From NCBI GenBank assembly GCA_963724295.1, contig CAVRUC010000010.1, positions 96,001-160,000 on the forward strand: a stretch of DNA of 64,000 nt, written 5' to 3'. The notes beneath the pieces were generated by a model that worked only from the letters and a program-made list of their open reading frames with translations, was not told the DNA's origin and made no database searches. Source of the stretch: an uncultured Chloroflexia bacterium. Its GTDB lineage: Bacteria; Chloroflexota; Chloroflexia; Thermomicrobiales; UBA6265. Positions 20,033 to 26,482 of the stretch are shown here, piece by piece (positions within the stretch are counted from its first letter, which is position 1; every line of letters starts with the position of its first letter). Both the position numbers and the translations under genes were made by a program.

Positions 20033-20563
20033 CTATTTACCCACGTGCCGCTTGGCCTGCTCCAGGTTCGTCGATGCCTCGCGCAAGGCGTCCATGACGA
20101 GCGTCAATCCGTCCTGGACCGCTTCTTCGACGCGGCCAATCTGCTGCAGCGCGTACTCGTCGATCTGGCCGATCGAGCGCCGCTGCTCCATCTCCACCTG
20201 CCGCAGGTACTCCTCGCCGCGCTGCCGCGCCTCGTTCATCATGCCTTGCTCCGAGATGATGTACTCGGCCTGGGTTCGGGCATGGTCGAGAATCTTGGCA
20301 GCCTCATGCTGGGCGGAAGTGATGATGTCGGCGCGTTCCTCGACCACGCGCTGGGCGTGCCGGATCTCGCGCGGCACCGCGGCCCGAATCTGATCCAGAA
20401 GGCCGAGAAACTCTTCTTCCTCGACCATCACCCGGGTGCTGAACGGCATCCGCCGTCCGACACCGACCAGCTCCTCGAGCCGATCGAGCAAGGCGAGGAC
20501 GTCGTCCGGGTCTTCCTCGGTAACGTCAGGTTCCAACAGGTCTGGCGGTGTTTCGTCGGTCAT
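20033..20563 (-). CDS. Conserved coiled-coil protein (DivIVA/ATP synthase b-like) of the coaD-yceD neighbourhood
   Basis: LLDRLEELV...MPFS...VEEEEFLGLLDQIRAAVP followed by a heptad-rich helix; conserved context. Confidence 0.7.
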   Translation of the reverse strand: MTDETPPDLLEPDVTEEDPDDVLALLDRLEELVGVGRRMPFSTRVMVEEEEFLGLLDQIRAAVPREIRHAQRVVEERADIITSAQHEAAKILDHARTQAEYIISEQGMMNEARQRGEEYLRQVEMEQRRSIGQIDEYALQQIGRVEEAVQDGLTLVMDALREASTNLEQAKRHVGK

Positions 20564-20589
20564 GGTCCGCCGCTCCAGTCGTAGTGGCC

Positions 20590-21090
20590 TCAGAAACGAA
20601 CGGCGAGCTTGGCGCGCAGCGCATCGCCCACGACTGCGGGTACCAACCCGTCGACATCGCCCCCGAGCGCCGCGACCTCCCTGATCAGGCTCGAGCTGAT
20701 GAACGAGTGCCCGGACGAGGTCATCAGGCAAACCACTTCGATGCCCGGCGCGAGATGGGCGTTCATGTGCGCGAGCTTGAACTCGTACTCGAAGTCGGAA
20801 ACCGCGCGCAACCCGCGCACGATAACACCGGCATCCTGGGAGCGGGCGTAATCTACGGTCAGCCCGGAAAAACTGTCAACGCGGATATTCGGCTCGAGCG
20901 CCGTCGACACAACGTCACGGGCCAGCCCGATGCGCTCCTCGGTGGAAAAGAAGGCTCCGGGCTTTTCCTGTCCCTCGTAGACCGCGACGATGACTTCGTC
21001 GAACAGCCGCGCGGCGCGGCGAGCGACATCGACATGGCCCAGCGTAATGGGATCGAAACTCCCCGGGTAGATCGCGCGTCGCGAGTTCAT
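20590..21090 (-). CDS. coaD: Phosphopantetheine adenylyltransferase
   Basis: YPGSFDPITLGH, RGLRAVSDFEYE, ISSSLIREVA. Confidence 0.95.
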   Translation of the reverse strand: MNSRRAIYPGSFDPITLGHVDVARRAARLFDEVIVAVYEGQEKPGAFFSTEERIGLARDVVSTALEPNIRVDSFSGLTVDYARSQDAGVIVRGLRAVSDFEYEFKLAHMNAHLAPGIEVVCLMTSSGHSFISSSLIREVAALGGDVDGLVPAVVGDALRAKLAVRF

Positions 21091-21710
21091 GACACTCCTA
21101 CGCCGAGCTCGGCCGCGGTCCCCACCTCGACCTCGTCCATGTCCGCGTGCACGTGCAAGTAGATCGAAAAGCAACTATCACCGTAGCACCGCTCTCGGAG
21201 CCGCCGCAGCCGCCCGGCGTGCTGGGGCAGCGTCACTCGGGGCGAGTGTCCGATGACCAGCGTGGCGTCCGATTCTACCAACGGCGAGCGCCCGACTCGC
21301 TCCAGCGTGGCAACCAGCTCGGGATCGGCATAGGGTGGATCCATGAAGATCAGGTCGTAGGGTGCGATTTCGGTCTGGTTACGCTCGGCCCGGGCGAGGA
21401 ATGCGGAGACCGGTTCCTGATAGACCCGCGTGACGTCGGCGTAGCGGGTGTGGGCCAGGTTGGCGCGGACCACGGCGGCGGCGGCGGCGTTCCGTTCGAC
21501 GAAGTCGGCCGACTCGGCGCCCCGCGAGAGGGCTTCGATGCCGATGCCGCCGGTTCCGGCATAGAGATCGAGCACTCGTTCTGGCTCGACCCCGAGCGAG
21601 GCCAGCGTGGAGAAGAGCGCCTCGCGGACCCGGTCAGCCATCGGTCGGGTGAACTTCCCCGCCGGGCCCTTCAATTGAAATCCACGCCGATCGCCCGCAA
21701 TGACTCGCAT
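21087..21710 (-). CDS. rsmD: 16S rRNA m2G966 methyltransferase
   Basis: MRVIAG, TRPMADRVREALF, LDLYAGTG, EALSRGA, DPPY. Confidence 0.95.
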   Translation of the reverse strand: MRVIAGDRRGFQLKGPAGKFTRPMADRVREALFSTLASLGVEPERVLDLYAGTGGIGIEALSRGAESADFVERNAAAAAVVRANLAHTRYADVTRVYQEPVSAFLARAERNQTEIAPYDLIFMDPPYADPELVATLERVGRSPLVESDATLVIGHSPRVTLPQHAGRLRRLRERCYGDSCFSIYLHVHADMDEVEVGTAAELGVGVS

Positions 21711-21731
21711 GTGGGGAGTATGGCCTGTGAG

Positions 21732-21838
21732 AGTCGGCAAGTCGTAAAGTCGGTAAGTGAATTGGTCGAGTGAGGCATACGACCTCCGCGGAATTCGCTG
21801 CCCTACTTTCTCCTTACCGACTTCCGACTGACCGACTT
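21732..21838. repeat. Inverted pair of short 8-nt tandem arrays (AGTCGGYA / TNCCGACT)
   Basis: Left arm 21732-21757, right arm 21813-21838; the same unit recurs at 31719-31797, 36293-36338, 41991-42022 and 54162-54190. Confidence 0.7.
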
Positions 21839-21841
21839 CGT

Positions 21842-21950
21842 ACAAACACGAACCCGGCCTCGAGGGCCGGGCACGTGCGGGAAGGGGAAGGGGTGGAACG
21901 CTCTCGCGTTCCCTGGGTTCTGGGAGGGCGTCGAGGTGTAGGGGACGACG
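21842..21950 (-). ncRNA. Candidate C-rich small RNA / 3' element with intrinsic terminator (copy A)
   Basis: 53-nt block 21842-21894 matches 54195-54247 at 51/53; hairpins, CCCCUUCCCCUUCCC tract, GC stem plus UUCGUGUUUGU tail. Confidence 0.45.
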
Positions 21951-21964
21951 CTCTCTGCTGGTTT

Positions 21965-22399
21965 TTACGTCGCCGCCCGCGGTCCGGATTCATGCCCTGG
22001 CCCGTTGGAGCCCGGTGCATTCGGATCGGCAATTGCCGCACCGGTAGCCGCGTCGATCCATTTGCGCCGTAATCCATCGTAGTAATAGGGCCGGTCGAGG
22101 GGAGGAGCCGGCGTGGATGCGACCGGCCGGTCACGCCGGCTGAGGCCGATGCGCCGCGCGCCGGGCATGTACCAGACGCTGAACTCCGCATCCACGAGCT
22201 CGTCGAGAACTCGGCCGACCAGCCACCAGCCATCGCGACCAACGCGGGGCGGCAAGGTGATCCCCGTTACCCGCTCCGCAATCGCCGCCGTTGTCAGCCT
22301 GGTGTGGGTTGGATCGGCGCGATGGCGGGCACGCCGCGCCGCGACGGCCTTGACGACCGCGATGGCGCTCTCCTCGATCGTCGGATAGGGATCGCTCAT
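21965..22399 (-). CDS. Hypothetical protein, possible winged-helix; putatively SOS-regulated
   Basis: 144-aa ORF with GGGAGG RBS and an upstream promoter carrying a LexA-type box. Confidence 0.7.
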   Translation of the reverse strand: MSDPYPTIEESAIAVVKAVAARRARHRADPTHTRLTTAAIAERVTGITLPPRVGRDGWWLVGRVLDELVDAEFSVWYMPGARRIGLSRRDRPVASTPAPPLDRPYYYDGLRRKWIDAATGAAIADPNAPGSNGPGHESGPRAAT

Positions 22400-22483
22400 G
22401 ACTGGGACCTCCCGGCGGCCACATCACGGCCACCATGCTTGACGGCCCCTGCCGGTCAGCACTCCGGCGCTCCGGGACAGATT

Positions 22484-22514
22484 AGATCATATGTTCTATT
22501 TCCTGAGAGGTCAA
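22484..22514 (-). promoter_or_regulatory. Sigma-A promoter TTGACC-N17-TATGAT overlapped by LexA (SOS) box AGAACATATGATCT
   Basis: -35 at 22514-22509, -10 at 22491-22486, spacer 17; box 22484-22497 is one mismatch from GAAC-N4-GTTC. Confidence 0.7.
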
Positions 22515-22529
22515 TCCCTGGGACGGGAT

Positions 22530-22628
22530 GACGGGGTCGCAGGGTCGCAGGGTCGCGGGGTGACAGGGAGAACGATCCCCCGCCACCCTGCCACCACGAG
22601 CGGAGCGAGTAACGACCCCGCCACCCTC
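22530..22628. repeat. Composite palindromic repeat (GCCACCCT units plus GAGCGGAGCGAGT core), copy 1
   Basis: GCCACCCTGCCACCACGAGCGGAGCGAGT also at about 51974-52002 and inverted at about 44716-44744. Confidence 0.75.
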
Positions 22629-22642
22629 GTCTGACTTCCGAC

Positions 22643-23920
22643 TCAGAACGTCACTGGCAGCTGGGTCAGACCGCGCAGGAACGTGGCATCGCGCCAGCGC
22701 ACCTCGTGGCGGGGTATGGCCAGCGCGAGATCTGGCATGCGTGACAACAGGGTGGCAAACGCGATCTGCCCTTCCAGCCGCGCCAGCGTCGCGCCGAGAC
22801 AGGAGTGGATACCGGTGCCGAACGCGATGTGACGGTTCGGCTCGCGCGTGACGTCAAATCTCTCTGGATAGGGAAACTGCACATCATCGTGATTGGCGGA
22901 GGCCAGCAGCGCCACGATCTGCTCGCCGCGTCGCAAGCGCTGGCCGCCAAGCTCGGTATCCTGGCGGACCCAGCGGGGGAGACTCACTTCGACCGGCCCA
23001 TAGTAGCGGAGCATCTCCTCGATCGCGGACTTGAGGAGACCCGGGTTCTGGTGCAGCCGGGCACGCTGCTCCGGGTGCTCGAACAGCGCCAATGTCCCAT
23101 TGCCAATCAGGTTCACGGTCGTCTCGTGTCCCGCGACAATCAGCAGGAAGATCATCGAGAGCAGCTCGTTCTCCGAGAGCTTGTCTCCCTCGGCCTCGGC
23201 CAGCACCAGCCCGCTCAGCAGATCGTCGCCGGGATTGGCATGCTTTTCGGCGACCAGGCGGCGCAGGTAGGCGATGAACTCGATCAGCTTCGCGGTGACC
23301 GCCGGGTTCGCCCGGTCCGCCGGGGTGAAGGAGACGGCTGCCTGAGACCATTCGCGGAATTTGTCCCGGTCCGCCAGCGGAATTCCCAGCATTTCGGAGA
23401 TCACCGTCAATGGCAGGGGATAGGCGAAGTCGCTGATGAGCTCCATCTCGCGGCGGCCCGTCTCATCAGCTCGCGCCTGGACCGCATCGAGCAGCGTATC
23501 CGCAACCGCCTGCACGCGCGGCCGCAATCCTTCGATGAATTTTGGCGTGAACGGAATTGCCACGAGGCGGCGCAATCGGGAGTGATCGGGCGGATCGACG
23601 CGCAGGAGGTGCTGCCTCAGGATTTCGTCGATTTGCACCTCCATTTCCTGTTGCTCGGGGCTGAGATGCTCCGTGGCCTGCTGGAACAGTAGGGCATATT
23701 CCTCGTCTGTCAGCGCGCTGGATGGATCATTGGCAAATCGCTCATCGTCCTTGAGCATTGCCAGCACCTCCGCATACCGGGTCACGAACCAGATCGGTTC
23801 GCCGGTCGGCAACGTGACGCTGCTAACCGGTCCTTTCTCACGCATCGCCGTGTAGATCGGGAATGCCCGCTCCTTGAATTCCGCGCTGAACATCGCCGTG
23901 CCCGATTCCTGCTCTACCAT
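22643..23920 (-). CDS. Cytochrome P450 (CYP107-like)
   Basis: DPPDHSRLR, AGHETT, EEMLR, HIAFGTGIHSCLG. Confidence 0.95.
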   Translation of the reverse strand: MVEQESGTAMFSAEFKERAFPIYTAMREKGPVSSVTLPTGEPIWFVTRYAEVLAMLKDDERFANDPSSALTDEEYALLFQQATEHLSPEQQEMEVQIDEILRQHLLRVDPPDHSRLRRLVAIPFTPKFIEGLRPRVQAVADTLLDAVQARADETGRREMELISDFAYPLPLTVISEMLGIPLADRDKFREWSQAAVSFTPADRANPAVTAKLIEFIAYLRRLVAEKHANPGDDLLSGLVLAEAEGDKLSENELLSMIFLLIVAGHETTVNLIGNGTLALFEHPEQRARLHQNPGLLKSAIEEMLRYYGPVEVSLPRWVRQDTELGGQRLRRGEQIVALLASANHDDVQFPYPERFDVTREPNRHIAFGTGIHSCLGATLARLEGQIAFATLLSRMPDLALAIPRHEVRWRDATFLRGLTQLPVTF

Positions 23921-24019
23921 TGGTCACTCCTCGTGTGATGTCGCTCGGCTGCTCATTCAGGACGAGACGCGCCGCGGTTGGGCAACGCTGAGTCTCCGCG
24001 TGCGGCACAATCGGCGCCG

Positions 24020-25357
24020 ATGAGCGCTCGCCAGCCTACCGCCCAACCGCCGCCGCGTCACGAGCGCCCCTTCCGCGTGCTGCGCTACCGCGATTTCCGC
24101 CTCATCTGGAGCGCGGAGGTTTTCTCTCAGACGGGAACCCAGATCCAGCGTGTGGCGGTCACATGGCAAGTATTCGAGCTCACGGGCGACCCCTTTCACC
24201 TTGGACTGCTTGGGCTGGTGCGATTCGTGCCGCTCTTTCTCTTTGGCCTGGTCGGCGGCGTCGTCGCGGATCGCTACGATCGTCGCCAGACACTCATCCT
24301 GTCGCAACTGGCGCTCCTGGTCGTGACCGGCGCGTTAGCCGGACTGACCGCGAACGGCAGTATTACCCTGGCATGGATATACGGGCTGACCGCGCTTTCG
24401 GCGCTGTTCAGCGCGGTTGCCGCCCCGACCCGCCATGCGTTGATCCCGACACTGGTGCCCACGGCGTCGATTCCATCCGCAATGAGCATGGGCGTGCTCG
24501 CGTTCCAGTCTGCCGGGATGGCAGGACCCGCCATCGGCGGTGTGTTGGTAGCTTCGGTCGGAATCGCCGCATCGTACGCGGTCGATGCCGCGACCTTCGG
24601 ACTCGTCGCGCTGTCGGCGTTCGCGCTGCACTCGCGTCCGACACGGGCGGCGTCGATCATCAGCGGGCGCGCGGCCGCAATTGAGGGATTGCGATTCTTG
24701 CGGGAATCGCCGGTGCTGCTGGCAACGATGTCCCTGGACTTCCTGGCGAATTTTTTCGGGGCGATCACCACACTCATGCCGATCTTCGCCTCCGAGATCC
24801 TCGGCGGTGGACCGCAAACGCTCGGCTGGCTGCTGACGGCGCCGGCCGCCGGCGCCGTAGTCGGCGCCACGATCATGGCAAGCCGGCCCCCACTGACGCG
24901 CCCCGGGGTCGGGATCGTGGTCGCGATCGTCGTCTTCGGGCTCAGCATTACCGCGTTTGCGCTCAGCCGCAATCTTTGGCTCTCTCTGGCCTTCCTGGCT
25001 GTCAGCGGCGCGGCGGACTCGGTCAGCGTCTCCCAGCGGCACACGCTGCGCAACCTGCTGACGCCGGACCGGCTGCGGGGCCGGGTCGCGGCCGCGCATT
25101 CGACGTTCGCCGCCGGTGGCCCCCAGCTCGGGGACCTCAGGTCGGGAATCGTCGCCTCGTTGACGAGCGCGCCCGTGGCGGTTGCCATCGGAGGGTTGGC
25201 CGCCGCGCTCAGCGCGCTGCTCGTCGCGCGTCAAGTGCCAGGGATCGCGGGCTTTCGGTGGGAGGCTGACGAAGCCTCCGCCGAGTTCAGCGATATTGAG
25301 AAATCCGGTGGTAAAGGGATCAAACGTATTGACGAAAGAGGCTCCGGGTCGATATGA
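24020..25357 (+). CDS. MFS transporter (EntS/DHA3-like)
   Basis: GGVVADRYDRR motif A, TPDRLRGRV, about 12 TM helices. Confidence 0.9.
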   Translation: MSARQPTAQPPPRHERPFRVLRYRDFRLIWSAEVFSQTGTQIQRVAVTWQVFELTGDPFHLGLLGLVRFVPLFLFGLVGGVVADRYDRRQTLILSQLALLVVTGALAGLTANGSITLAWIYGLTALSALFSAVAAPTRHALIPTLVPTASIPSAMSMGVLAFQSAGMAGPAIGGVLVASVGIAASYAVDAATFGLVALSAFALHSRPTRAASIISGRAAAIEGLRFLRESPVLLATMSLDFLANFFGAITTLMPIFASEILGGGPQTLGWLLTAPAAGAVVGATIMASRPPLTRPGVGIVVAIVVFGLSITAFALSRNLWLSLAFLAVSGAADSVSVSQRHTLRNLLTPDRLRGRVAAAHSTFAAGGPQLGDLRSGIVASLTSAPVAVAIGGLAAALSALLVARQVPGIAGFRWEADEASAEFSDIEKSGGKGIKRIDERGSGSI

Positions 25358-25382
25358 TGCGACCGAGTGTCCCGGGCAACCG

Positions 25383-25407
25383 TTTCTCCGGCGCTTAGCC
25401 GGAGAAA
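25383..25407. terminator. Hairpin, possibly a bidirectional terminator
   Basis: TTTCTCCGGC-GCTTA-GCCGGAGAAA, 10-bp stem just after the MFS stop. Confidence 0.55.
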
Positions 25408-25708
25408 GCGCGCGGACGAGGGCACTGTCAGGCGGTTCGCCGCTTGGCCGCGTGGTTCTGGGAGGGCTGGGTTTTCTGGGTGGGGCGCAGGGGTGAGACG
25501 CGACGGCTGACGCGGCTTTTTCCATCGACTTGCCGAAGAAATCCGTGAGCGCGGGCTCCGTCGGCTCGTAGCTCTAAACCGCTCCTGGTAAAGGCCCTGC
25601 GGCCGCGAGCTTCAGGCGTAGGGGACCTGAGGTTCGTCGCGCACGGCGCTCCGGCGCCGACGGTTGGTCCAAAGTTCAGCCAGTGTGCGAAGGGGAGGAG
25701 CGTCTCAA

Positions 25709-26248
25709 GTGAAACTCTCTCGAGTGGTTCTGGGTTCGGCAGTTGCGGTCTCGCTCGTTGGCGGTGGCCTGATGGCGATGCCGGTCGCCGCGCAGGATGA
25801 ATGCGGTGTCGCCATCTATGGTGGCGACGTGTTGAACGAGACCGTCATCGATCTCAATGCGAACGGCGGCACCGGCATTGCCGATGCCAGCGGCGGCAGC
25901 GGCAACGTTGCCGAGACTGGTGGCGGCGGGGCTGAGGACATCGATACCGCGGCCTCCGGCAACGGTGGCGTGGCAAGCGCCGCGGCCAATGGTGGCGCGA
26001 TCTCGACCGGCGACATCAACTCCGGCGGTAATGTCGGCAACGCGATCAGCGTCGGCGACACCACCTGCTTCCCGGTCTTTGAGGACAAGAAGGCCGACGT
26101 CGACGACAAGGCCCACAAGGACGTCGGCGGTGAAGAAGTCGTCGCCCTGCCGGATACCGGCGTTGGTATCGGCGATGCGTCAGCGCTCTTCGCGCTGATC
26201 AGCTCGGCTGGCGCCGCGGCCGCATCCCTCGGGCTGCGCCGCCGCTAA
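25709..26248 (+). CDS. Secreted Gly/Asn-rich surface protein with LPXTG-type sorting signal
   Basis: GGAGG RBS; signal peptide ending PVAA-Q; C-terminal LPDTG, hydrophobic helix and RRR. Confidence 0.8.
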   Translation: MKLSRVVLGSAVAVSLVGGGLMAMPVAAQDECGVAIYGGDVLNETVIDLNANGGTGIADASGGSGNVAETGGGGAEDIDTAASGNGGVASAAANGGAISTGDINSGGNVGNAISVGDTTCFPVFEDKKADVDDKAHKDVGGEEVVALPDTGVGIGDASALFALISSAGAAAASLGLRRR

Positions 26249-26317
26249 GTCGATTTCGCGCAATCCTGGACGGAGACGGCGTTTGTAACTGTCTCCATCC
26301 AGAGGCACGAACGACCC

Positions 26318-26354
26318 GAAGCCGCCGCGTCTCGAGACGCGGCGGCTTCTTTTT
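26318..26354 (+). terminator. Rho-independent terminator
   Basis: GAAGCCGCCGCGTCT-CG-AGACGCGGCGGCTTC followed by T5. Confidence 0.85.
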
Positions 26355-26421
26355 ATGAGCCCGAACTGATTCCGGCAGACACGATCCGGGCGTCAGGAAG
26401 TCAGCAGGCAAATTGGCAACG

Positions 26422-26446
26422 CGGGCGACGCAGGCGTCGCCCCTAC
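26422..26446. repeat. GTAG-family REP, single copy
   Basis: Identical to 16755-16779 (CGGGCGACGCAGGCGTCGCCCCTAC). Confidence 0.75.
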
Positions 26447-26482
26447 TCGCCGTCTGGCCGTCTCGCCGTCTTGCCGTCTCGT

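Noticed and set aside
18672..20393. Long plus-strand ORF (573 aa) and similar ORFs such as 554..1771, 3428..4735, 10382..11584 and 36547..37863
   Set aside because: These are antisense shadows of well-supported genes in high-GC DNA, with no family motifs.
22643..25357. Secondary-metabolite cluster around the P450 and MFS
   Set aside because: No synthase, precursor peptide or tailoring genes are nearby, and the flanks are housekeeping.
25530..25690. c-di-AMP (ydaO) riboswitch upstream of the surface protein
   Set aside because: Only loose fragments (GCCGAA, GTAGGG) are present. The core GGUACGGRGGAAC and CAGCUAACUC elements are missing.
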